Shown piece by piece: positions 13,330 to 25,280 of a DNA stretch of 64,000 bases. The stretch comes from Octopus bimaculoides (lineage: Eukaryota): positions 36,278,710 through 36,342,709 of the forward strand of contig NC_068983.1 in NCBI RefSeq assembly GCF_001194135.2, given 5' to 3'. Position numbers and translations under genes: made by a program. The notes under the pieces are model-generated. The model did not search any database, was not told the DNA's origin, and saw nothing but the letters and a program-made list of their open reading frames with translations. The number at the start of each line of letters is the position of its first letter. Position 1 is the first letter of the stretch.

Positions 13330-13682
13330 CTTCCTCTTAGATTGTGACCAGTGAACTTTGTTGGCAGAAAACAAACTGTCTTAAATTAAAACTTGCCATC
13401 TGTTTGAAATTTAATCTTCCATATTAGTAGATAAATGTATGATTTAAGGCTTGTTGAAAGTTCTGTTGTTTTCAAAATAAACATTAAATGCAAAGAATCA
13501 TGAACTTTGAGTGAAATTTAGTAAGTTTGTACAATGTTGTTGTTGGATATTTGATCAAGTTTCTTAAAAAAGATAAATGCTCTGTCAGAACACTACAGTC
13601 TGCATTTCCTTAAGGAGGAGATATCAAAGTAGAGAAGATTCTAGCAGAAAAAAATAGTCTCAAAGAGAAAGAGAGAGAGAGG

Positions 13683-13730
<48 letters not shown>
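13244..13730. repeat. Microsatellites (AT)n, (ATCT)n and (AG)n; others at about 6135, 8675, 30545, 31175, 50580, 59200-59720
   Basis: Direct reading. Confidence 0.95.
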
Positions 13731-13733
<3 letters not shown>

Positions 13734-14207
13734 AAATGTTTATAAATAGGAATATCATGTACGCCAGCTGTTTAGGATTTATTACTTAGCTGCATGTATG
13801 TGTATGTGTGTTTGTGTGTGTGTGAGAGAGGAGAGAAAAAAGGAAGAAAGAGAATGTATGTGTGTGGTGCACATGTGTGTATACATATAAGTAAGGATTT
13901 AGCAGAAGATAACCTACACTTACTGTTAAATACTTGAAAATGAAAAAAAAAAAAAAAAAAAAAGAAGGAAAAACACTTGTGCTGCAGGAAATTATTTCCT
14001 TCTTAATGAATAGATATCATGATATATAAAGATTTGATTATTTCTTAAAAGAAAAAAGATAAAAAACTGAGAACTTCATCAGGCGTTGTGTTCCATAATG
14101 CATCAAGGAACACAGCTTATTAATAATCAAATATGGAATGAGCTTAAACAGTCCAACGATGTTAAAACACGTGAGATTTCATAACATAAAACATAAACTA
14201 ATTAATA

Positions 14208-14446
14208 CAGTGGTTCTCAACCATTTTTAGTCTATAGACCCCCTCCAATTCCTGTTTTACTCTATTGGACCTGCATAGTCATTTATTGTATATAAAAACA
14301 AAATCTTGCTTAAATATTACTAGGAATTCTATAAAAAAATATTTTGTGTATTGTAGAAGTACAACCAATTTGTTGCAGATAAATTTTAACAACAAAGTCT
14401 AATATAGACTCCCAAGGGCCATACGGACCCTGGTTGCAGACCAATG
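14208..14446. mobile_element. hAT MITE (degenerate)
   Basis: CAGTGGTTCTCAACC/GGTTGCAGACCAATG TIRs; 6 of 8 matching TSD. Confidence 0.6.
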
Positions 14447-14799
14447 ATTTAATGGAACCTCTCATTGAATTATCAATTGGTTGGCTCAGTGGTTTCTTTA
14501 GCAATTTCTCCATTCAAACATAAGCCCCAAGTGCCACACCATTTCATACAATAATCGCAACTATGACTATTCATGGCTTTGATATGACTTGATAAGCTTT
14601 CTCCATACTGGTCAGTTTTTTCGCTTGGGTTTGCCATTTTTTTTTATCAATTCCTTTCCAAACCATGTTCCTTTTTGCAGTATCTTTAAATCTCAGTCAA
14701 GGCTTTCTCTGGTTTCTTTTCTCCTTACACAGTTGAGAGTAAAAGATTTGTCTGGGGAGTCTGCAACTGCCAATCCTGTGTATGTAGCCTAACGAACTT

Positions 14800-15750
14800 A
14801 AATTTCTATCAATGAGGATTTTCAACATAGGAGGTAGGTCAGCATGTCATAGGACCTCTTCATTCCTTATATTCTCAAACAGAGTGATATTTATGATTTG
14901 TCATAGCTGTCTTATGATATACGTATGTAACTTGTCTACTTGAGCTTTATAGAGTGTATAGGTTTCAGCTCCATACAACAGGTAAGAAAGCACTATAATC
15001 TGGTACACCTTACACTTAACATGCCTATTTTTCCACAGTATCTCCTGCAGCCTGTCAAATAAAGCATTAGCTCTGTTCATTCCGTATGTGATTTCCTGGT
15101 CCACACATACATTATCTGAGATGGTGCTGCCTAAGTATTTGAATGTTTTGCATAGGCCAGTCTTTCATATCCAATAATGATGTTTGCTTCTGTTAGAAGG
15201 GAATTTAGGTTCTCCATGGATTGGTAGGGGCATTTGGCTTTTCTGATGCGAATCTTTAAGTTGAACTGTTGTGCAACTCTGGCAAAGTTATCTCCCCGTT
15301 TCCACATATCTTCAGTGCTGTGAGCAACCAGTGCACTATCATCAGCGAACAGCTTCTCCCACACTAGGAACCTCGTAATGCATATCTTGGCATTGTACAA
15401 ATCAACATTATGCTGAAACACTGTTGTGAGATAGAGGGAGAACAGTGCTGGAGCAAGTACACACCCTTAACTCCATTTGTGACCACAAACTCACTTGAGG
15501 TATTGCTATCTTGGACTACCCTTCGTGCAGGAACCTGTCCAGGTTGATGACCTTTCAAGGACATCCATCTTTCTTAAGAACCACCCAAAGTTCATCACCA
15601 GATACTGTGTTGAAAGCCTTTGTGATGTCTGTGAACATTGCATACATAGGCATGTTCTGCTCAATGCATTTTTATTGAATTCGGCAAAAGCAGAAGACCA
15701 TGTCCAAAGTGCTTCTACCACAGCAGAAGCTACACTGTGTCTCAGGTAAT
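14800..15750 (-). mobile_element. Decayed RTE-clade LINE reverse transcriptase fragment
   Basis: Frame-shifted pieces FVVTNGVK, KLFADDSALVAHS and LLYGAETYTLYKAQVDKL. Confidence 0.85.
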
Positions 15751-15784
15751 AAATTGGGCAAATATATCGGTCTAATTCAAAACG

Positions 15785-16070
15785 AGCACTTTGTCAGTTA
15801 CGACGACGAGGGTCCCAGCTGATACAATCAACGGAACAGCTTGCTTGTGAAATTAACATGCAAGTGGCTGAGCACTCCACAGACACATGTACCCTTAATG
15901 TAGTTCTCAGGGAGATTCAGCAGGTACTACTCATTTTTGCTAGCTGAGCGAACTGGAGCAATGTGAAATAAAGTGTCTTGCACAAGGACACAATGCGTCG
16001 CTGGGAATTGAACTCACAACCTTGCGATCATAAGCCAAATGCCCTAACCACTAAGCCATGCACCTTCACA
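15785..16070 (-). mobile_element. tRNA SINE sharing the family A 3' body with a different head; a similar copy lies at about 20445-20760
   Basis: Shared TGAAATTAACATGCAAGTGGCTGAGCACTCC block and a tRNA-like end. Confidence 0.7.
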
Positions 16071-16728
16071 TGGGTCCAATATCTGTGTGATATTAATGAT
16101 CTTTTTTCATTACGGTCCTTTTCCATTGATTTTAATATTTACTTGACTTTTCTTTTGCATGAAGGGTCAGAACACTTAAGTTTGTAATAACAGCTAATGC
16201 AGTGAATATTCTGAAGCTAATTAGACTTAATTAAGCAGTGAGCAAAAAAAAAAAAAAACCAGAATTAGTCAATAACTAATATTGTTTTAATAATAATTTT
16301 GGGTGATGGCATGGCAGTACATTTGCTTTACAAACAAAACACATGGTTGCTGGTTTGATGCTACTGTATAGCACTTCAACCAAGTGTTTTCTAGCATATC
16401 TTCAGGTTGATCAATGTTCCATGAGTGGAATTTGATGAATGGAAACTATTCTGAAGCCCATCATATACACACACATATACATAGTCACGCAATCTGCATA
16501 TGCTTAAGTGAAAAGCACCCAATATAACACTGAATTAATTTATAAGGCGGTGAGCTGGCAGCATTGTTAGCATACCAGGCAAAATGCTTACTGGCATTTT
16601 CTCAATCTTTATGTTCTGAGTTCAAATTACCCTGGAGGGCGACTTCACTTTTAGAGTTGATAAAATAGGTACCAGTTGAGTATTGAGGGTTGATATAAGC
16701 AACTTATCCCCTCCCCCGAAATCGCTGG

Positions 16729-17182
16729 CAGTGTTTGGAGTGATCACTAGCGATGGCGATGTTATGCCTCCATTCATCTTCCCACATGGTCTCAGACTCA
16801 ACATGGTGGCCTACATCATGTGCTTGGAGGATGTAGTGCTGCCCTGGATCAAGAGGGTGGCTGCTGGAAGACCCTATGTCTGACAACAGGTTGAGCAAGA
16901 GACCAACAAAACTCCTTGTAATACCAAAGATGAACTGAAAGCAAGGATTATGGTAACATTCATCAACTTATATACAAGGAGACCGTCCAGAGGAGTTGCA
17001 GGAGATTCCAAAGTTGTTTGGAGGCCGTGGTTAAAGCCAATGGCGATTTTATTGAATAAATTCACTCTTTAATATTTCAAGATATTTTTATGTAATTTTG
17101 GTAGATGTATCTGTTAAAATGAGGTATCAGTGTTATTTTCATTTTTGCATAATTTAAATGACAGTTTATTCACTGCATTCTG
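16729..17182 (+). mobile_element. Internally deleted Tc1/mariner (maT, DD37D-like) transposon, 3' half
   Basis: VFGVITSDGDVMPPFIFPHGLRLN...VLPWIKRVAAGRPYV, then TKDELKARI...LEAVVKANGDFIE*; ends ...GCATTCTG followed by TA. Confidence 0.8.
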
Positions 17183-20100
17183 TATATATATACACATACA
17201 TCTCTCTCTCTCTAGTTGTAATAATAATATTAAATTACAACTTATGACTTGATGCCAGTCCAGACTCCATTTACATGGATATTTCAACAAGGATTTGGAG
17301 TATTTTGTTATAGTTGACTTGAGCCAAAAATTCTGGTATGGTCCACTTAACATCAGAAAATTCTGTTAAGTGGACCATACCAGAATAGAATTTTCTGATG
17401 ACATACATACATATATATATATCTCCAAGAATGTAAAGAATGCTTCAATTCCTTACAATCTCAGATTTTTATTTGTATTTTTAGCAACATTAATTGTTAA
17501 ACTGCGAGTTGTATGGTGATTGTCAGCTTATTGAAATTTCCCTTGATTTCAGTATGGGACAAAGCGTGTAATTTAAGAGGGTTAATAAACTCTTTTTATC
17601 ACGTATTGTTCACCATTTGTCATTTATACTACTAGCTGTATACATACTTGAAGCTAACTAACTTCCACACGTAAAAACACCCACTACACTCTTGGAGTGG
17701 TTGGCGTTAGGAAGGCCATCCAGCTGTAAAAACTCTGCCAAATGAGATTGGAGCCTGGGGTAGTCACCTGGTCCACCAGTCCTCAGTCAAATCGTCCAAC
17801 CCATGCCAGCATGGAAAGCGGACGTTAAACGATGATGATGATGATGATGATGATGACACACAAAACAAAGGGCAGTTGATTGGTAGAATAAATAAAGTAT
17901 GTTTAATTGGGGCCTTTTATGCTCAATTCTTACTGAGGTTGATTTTGTCTTTCATTCTTGTAGAATCAATAAAATAAGGCAACAGTAAAATACTGGGGCT
18001 AATATTACTGACAGTACCTACCCTCATGGAATCAATACTGCTTACCAGTCATTGATGGATACTTCTGATCACTGAAGTCTATCATCTGTAGGAGTGTAAG
18101 GAAAAAAATACAAAACAACAACAATAAAAAGATTCAAGGTAGAAGATATTTTTAATTACACCAGAACTGTACAAAGTGACTACAAAAATAGAAGTTATTA
18201 CTGTACACTGTACTGTGGGAATATTTGATAGAAGACTTCAACACTTGTTTCAGAGCTGGCATAACACCACCACTGCCGCCACCAACACCATCGCCATTAT
18301 TTGCTTCTTTCCTATTCAATCTCAACGAGACAAGGATCCAGTATGTTGTTGTATATGTGGAGATATCCAACTGTATTCATGTAACATAGAATTGGAAGTA
18401 TATATGTTTGATATTCCAAAATGATGTCAACCCATACAACAAAAGATTAACTCTTGATGTCAACCAGTCCGAGACTGCCTCAAACTCTTTAAATAGAAAA
18501 AAATCCACCGGTTTTAAAGTGTTCATATTTTAATTAAAACCTTCCATCATTGTTTTATGTAGAGACATTTTTGTTATGTTATAATATACAAGCTTAATTA
18601 ATGAAAAAACAAAAAGTTACTAAACTAAATTTCTCCAAATAATTCATTGATTAAAAAAAAAATATTAATTAAAACAGGCAGTTATTTTGATAGAAAAATA
18701 ATCAGAAAAGAGTTAAAATTTTACATATTTTGCTTTGTTCTTGATTATCTCAGAACTAGATAACAACAATACTGATGGAAGAGAACATCTAGCTTGGAGT
18801 CTGAATCACTTTTCTAAAACATTCGTTTTGAAATGATTTTGTATTATTTTCTTTAGTCTGTGTCATAATAAAATTGGTTGATATAACCATAGTGCGGACA
18901 CCTCCATCATCAATGACACCCATGGTAGTTCTTCACCTTGATACTGTAAGTTTACAAAACACACGTATTATACACACACACACACATATATCTATATATA
19001 CATGGGCAGTAGGTGAGAGCTAGATATGTTCTGTATAAAAAACACTTAGCAGAGCTCAAATGAATTTGAACTTAAACACTAAATTTTTCATCTAGTGTTA
19101 GGTTCTTAACATCAAGAGTGGCTATAAGAGAGATCCAAGATGCAGATAAACACAGTTAGGCTTGACACATATATACATACATACATATACATATATATAT
19201 TATATATGCAGTGTTCATTTTGTCTTCAATACAGGAATAAGCAGCACTTATTCCTCACAGTAACTATTTACAGCTAAGTAGACAGGACTATTGCAGATTA
19301 AATGTGTTTAGTATGGATGAACACGATGCAGCATTGGTGAATGGATGTGATCTGACAACACTTCAAATGATAAACCGACACCCTGTTAACCTAGTCAGCT
19401 GCAAATTTAATTCTGTGATTAGAAGATTATGTAAGGAAGAAGTGCGAAAGATTTGCAAATAAAAAAACAAACAGAAAATAGCAGTAGGCACTTTTAATTT
19501 GTTAGTGATGACGGAATGAATTTATTTCGCATATAATGGAGGACAACCTGTTTGAGTACAGCCATGCATTGGCATTCATAGCCCTTGTTTAACTTGCTAG
19601 CAATGTCTTGCAAAGCATAAGCACCTTTCCCTTACAATGGTTGACACAGGTGGGAGATCTCCATATGACTCTTTCTTGGTGGGATGAATTCTCCAAGATA
19701 TGTATAAGACTACAGGACCGAAAAGGATGGTGTTCACAGGTTAAAAATGTCTGAGCAAGCTCAACCAGATGATGATAGAGGGATGAATAATACATTCTTA
19801 CAAATGGGTGTGTGTGTGTGTGTGCATAGTAAGAAGGTACATTTATTTATTCACTGAATCTGATATTTTGTATTATTTGGAATTAAAAAAAATTTTTTTT
19901 TAAAAAAGAGCTAATCTTTGACATATACATAATTTGCTGTGGAAATAGATAATCCCATGTTTAGAAAATATACAAGGTTGGTGATGGTGGTAAATGCTGG
20001 AAGAGGATGTCAATGTAGGGGACACAGGTTGATATTTATGGTTGTTCCCTTTTTGATAAGAACTAGGGAGTAAGAATGATTGATGAGAAAAGTTTTTTTT

Positions 20101-22627
20101 TTCTTTTCTGAGGAAAGAATTTAGTCTAGCTTTCTTTCCTGCTACTAACCCCTTGTAATTCACATTGAACATTCAAACACGCTAAATCCTCCCAGTTAGA
20201 CTTTTCTTTAGTTTATGAAGGCTTGTACAGATTTTTCTTTTGCTAGTTTTAACCACTGTTAAATCGCCCTTATCACTTGATTAAAGGCTAAATTGGTGGA
20301 GTTGTTAAAGTGTTGGATAGAATGCTCAACAATATTTGTTTCAATTCTTTGTATGCTGAGTTCAAATCCCACCAAAGTTGACCTTGTCTTCCGTCCTTTT
20401 ACGGTCGATAAAACAATTACCAGGATGGTGAATTACTAGCACTATTATTGGCACTCTGTCAGTTATGATGATGAGTGTTCCAGTTGATTTGATCAATGGA
20501 ACAACCTGCTTGTGAAATTAACATTCAAGTGGCTGAGCACTCCCCAGACATGTGTGCCCTATATGTAGTTCTCAGGGAGATTCAGTGTGACACAGAATAT
20601 GACAAGGCTGGCCCTTTGAATTACAGGTACAACTCATTTTTGCCAGCTAATTGCACTGGAACGACACAAGATAAAGTCTCTTGGTAAGGGACACAACACA
20701 CTGCCAGCAACTGAACTCACAACCTTATGATCATGAGCCGAACGCTCTAACTACCTAGCCAAACTAAAACTATTAGAAGGTCATGTGAGATGCCTCATAG
20801 TGTCTTTGCATTCTGAGGCTAATATCAGTGAGGAAACTGGGGCCAAGCTGTAGTGACCTAAGTTGGTGGATAAACATTAGTAGAAAGGAGAGAAAACTTG
20901 CATGCCTAGGTAACTGCCAGTCTTCTTCAAAATATTCTTCACATATATGTCCAGACATATGGCCAATATTAACCAACAGGGGTCCTACATGTACTTGATA
21001 AGTTCTTATTTAATCAACCTAGGAAAGTTGATAAACTAGATTTGAACTCAGAATATAAAGTGCCATAACTAATACAGTATTTTATGCAATGTTGAAACAA
21101 TTCTGCCATAGATAAGTTTTAGTATAACAATAGGCATTAATCATTTGAAACTGTCATAGTCATTTCATTATACATATAACAGTGGATCCTACTATCCTTA
21201 GATCTAATCTTAACACTTCTTACTGTGTCTTTGTTAGCATGACTTCTCGCATAGGTACTTCCTAAAAAAAAAAACCATCCTAAAATTCCTTATGAGGCAA
21301 TAAAATTGTCTTTTATGACTCAATCAGAAGAAGAAGGACAGTACTTGCGACATTCTTGAGAATAATTGAATTATAAGGAGACTAGACTATTGGCTAATAG
21401 ACCTGGTGTCATATAATGCTTTATCAAATTCAGAACATACTACTCTATCTGGGTATGTGTGTATGTGTAAACCGCAGACAATAAAATATATCATTGTTAA
21501 AGTAAAAGTACAAATTGGTGTTACAAAAACTAATCTTTAAAACACAGTGACCTTTCAAATCTAAATTGATGAAAAACAGCACAAATCTGCTCCCATGTTG
21601 CAGAAGGTATTGTGGTTGAATAATCTCATGTCATCTCAAAATGGACAAATCTATGATGGAAGTGAGGGGAGGGGGAATTTTGAGGGTGATTTGGTTGTTA
21701 TTTCTTAGAGGTCAATGTACGACAGAGAAGTTTCCATGCTAGCTTAAGGACATTGTAGTTGCTGTTATCTTTAGGTCGGCTTTGATCAAGCAAAACTATA
21801 ACCAAAAACAGTCCAATAATGATCATCCAATCTTTTTTTTTTAGACACAATGTATCCAGACTACATTATCCAATGTATCTAAAAAATATGGTTTATTCCG
21901 AAGGAGATTTCCAGCAAGTTGAATGACTGTACAGAGACCTCCACATGGCTATATATGTGAGTGTTATACCTTTATGTTATGGTGATAGTAAATCACTAGA
22001 TTTTGATTTTCCTTTCTTTCATTATCATCATTGATTTAATGCCCACTTTTCCAGGGTCAAATGAAATTTGTTTGGGCAAATTTTCTATGGCTGGATGACC
22101 TTCCTGTTGCTGACCATTGCCTGTTTTGAAGCAATGTAATATTCCCCCATGGATTTTCACAAAAGCCTGGAAACGAAGGACACAATGATGAGCAAACACA
22201 CACACGCATACATACAATAGGTTTCTTTCAGTTTCCATCAACCAAATCCACTGATGAGGCTTTGATCAAGTCTGGGCCTATATTGCATAAAGTGCCATGC
22301 AGTGGGATGCAGTGAGACTGAACTCAAAACCACAAGGCTGGAAAGCAAACTTCTTAGTCAGACAGCCATGCCTATGACCTCTGAGAATAGATACCGGTAA
22401 TTGACCTCCAGAATAGATACCAGTAATTTAGTGTCATTACTTGATTGTTCTAGGTTTCAAATAGATATTAGCTTTACATTTAATCAAATGTCTTTCATTA
22501 TGGCCATGAGTCAACTAAAACATTGTGAATAAAAATGGTAGATGGAAACTATATGGACACTCATCAGAAGTATTGTCCTTGTTCTGGGTTGACATACTCA
22601 ATCAGTCACTCAGTTTGATACCCATAC

Positions 22628-22722
22628 CTGACTCTTGAGTAACTTTAATGGAGTTTACTCTGTTGTAAACATTTGGGCAGGTGTCTGGTTTTCTTCCCTT
22701 CCTCAAATCAGTTTTGAAGGTA
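22628..22722 (-). CDS. Candidate alternative downstream exon (S-TFKTDLRKGRKPDTCPNVYNRVNSIKVTQES-)
   Basis: Very strong acceptor (TCTTTTCTTTTTTGCTTTTTTAG), GTATGG donor, 95 nt open in the phase-2 frame required by the 26569 donor. Confidence 0.4.
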
Positions 22723-25270
22723 CTAAAAAAGCAAAAAAGAAAAGATTCTGTCTATGCCATTCTTCCTTTGACAAAAAGTATCTAAGGTGCAGGGATATTG
22801 GCTGAAAATCAAGAGTTCAATCTCTGCAATAAACACCTTTATCTGTGACATTATATCACCTGTGTTACCGGATTTTTCTTACCCTCCCCGAACAATAATT
22901 TTATAATTCATGCTGATGTCTATTTTAATATCAATGTACTTTATATTTTGAACAGATTAAAAAATATGTATATAAAGTAAAAGTCAGATTATTGGTCCTC
23001 TTAAATCAAGAAGGTTATTGGAATACTTCAACAGCTATTATTACAATGATACAATGCCTATCTTCTTTTTAAATAGGTTAAGCATTTTGTCCACTGAAGA
23101 CCAAGAGGTAAATTATGAACACTACCAACCAAAGTTCTCACTTCTTCATTGCTTAGTAATTGGAGCAGGAAGAATACAATGCTTTACTCAAGGAATTGCC
23201 TCAGAGGGGGAATATAAATTGTGTTTTACCCAGACATATTACAACATAGGAAATGGAACGTAAAATTGATATCTTACTCATGACATATCATAAAACCACT
23301 GAAAGAGAAGTTTTGTGTCTTAACCCATTGCATGTTACATAAATCTGGTGTCATACCCATTGCATGTTACAACACCAGAAATGGGATACAAATTCACAAT
23401 ATTTCTATCTCCAAAGCTCAAACTTTGTAATGTAAATAGATATGTTTTAATTCTTTCATACTGAGATCAACCAGGGCTAGTATGGGTGTTACAACAACAA
23501 CAACAACCAGGGTTAGTGATTAACTATAATATATGTAAGCTGAACTAAAAAAAATTCTCCTGGAAAAGATTACAGTCTATCACAAGAAATGTTTTCTGGA
23601 AATCTAGATATTTAATATTCAGTGTGGTAACCGGAGGTATGTACACATGAATAAAGTATCTTATCCCAGAAATACATTGAAATAGCTACAGTGGATCTGA
23701 ACTCATGTTTGATGGGCCAGTAGTCTGTCTTACCCACTCAACTATTTTGCTTTTACTAGGTAAAGTCAAAACTTAATTTTGAACTTAAGACATATGAGTG
23801 ATTCAATGAATTAATTTTACAACCAATAAATGGCTGTTACCACATTAAGTGTAGTGTTAGACGATAACATAGCTTATAGCTGAAATTATAAAATATAGTA
23901 CAGTTAAAATTGATAGAATCACTATAGAATATAGTACTGGGAGATACAATAAGTGACGATAGCATAATATATATATCAAAAAGATAGTATAGGTATAAAT
24001 GATACTGTAACTATTAGCAGGTAGTATGTCTAAAGAGGTTAGTATAGTTATGGAATTAGAACTAAATATATAACTTAATCAGTTTCAAACATACTGCTTA
24101 CTTTAAATGTAAACATACAGTTGTAATTCACTTTAAACATGTTGTTATATAACTGGATTATTGTTTGTACAAATGATATATATTTTGGGTAGTAGGAATT
24201 AAAAACTAGGATATCATTGTGGGTTTGGCTGGTGGAAACCCTACAGACTTCCACATTTGATATTTCTAGTAATAGAAATAAAGTGAAACAAGCTTGGTAC
24301 TGGACCAATTTATAATAATATTAAAATCAAAAAATAAAGAAAACAAAAAGTCATGGTATTTTGAAGATACTTAATGAGTCATAACGGTTTGTATGAATGT
24401 GATTGGTTAACAGCTTCAGAATAAGGGTACTAACTTTATCTTCCACAACATCATGGATGGTAAATGACATGGTATGACACAGAAGTTTGGGATACCAGTT
24501 GTTCAAAGATATCCACTCTTCCTATGTTGCTTTACAACTGTTTCACCGAATAAATATACTGTCTGGATTAAAAGAATACCATTTTCTGCCAAATATGTGT
24601 GTTCTTCAGAATAACTTTGCATTGGTGATGTTTTTTGAGTATTTTTTTTTAACACACAAATTATGTGGAACTGTTGAAACACATGATGGGAATTGTGACT
24701 TGTTTCCTGGTTTTCTGCTAGTCACTGGTCTAACTGGAGAGTAATTCACGATAATAAATACATACATGCATACATAAGCAAACTTACAGTTTAGATAATG
24801 AGTAATTTAACAAAGAATCTCTTGGTTTTCAGAGATACGTTAACTCAATCGAAAAACTTAATGTAGAATATATTTGAGACTCAAGAACAAGAGACAAAGA
24901 GAGTATAAGTTGAGGACTGCCTTCATGAGTGTACAGTTGCCCCCATGAGTATGTAAATGCTTCAATAAAGTGCAGTGATGATGGTGGTGGCAGTGGCTGC
25001 CTCTGTTTAGTAACTGCTTCAATGAGGAAAGGAAGTGGTGGTGATAGTGGCTGCCTCCAATGTAGTAACTAACTCAATGAGGAGTTGGAGCTTTGGTGGC
25101 TGCCTTAGAGTAGTGGTGAATGCCACTGAAGGAAAGCAACTGAAGCAGTCAAAGATGTTTTGTGTCAAAAAATGTAGAGATCTGAAGGTGACTGAAAGAA
25201 AATATCAGTGACTGGTCTCATTATCTTCTGGTTGGTTTACCATTTATAACTTGTTATCTCAAAGTCAATG

Positions 25271-25280
25271 TCACACTTCC
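25271..25280 (-). CDS. PLEKHG5: PLEKHG5-like terminal coding exon: G GAA GTG TGA completing S-E-V-stop (PDZ ligand); 3' UTR continues to lower coordinates
   Basis: Acceptor TTTGTTTTTCCAATTCTGTAATTTCAG, phase 2; restores the SEV* terminus of vertebrate PLEKHG5. Confidence 0.8.

Noticed and set aside
14070-14115. CTGATGA (minus) next to a small hairpin; other isolated CTGANGA words
   Set aside because: No correctly spaced GAAA, stem II or stem I.
24241-24265. Phase-2 acceptor giving ...S-NIKCGSL*
   Set aside because: Weaker than the 25280 acceptor, no family match, and lies in the presumed 3' UTR.
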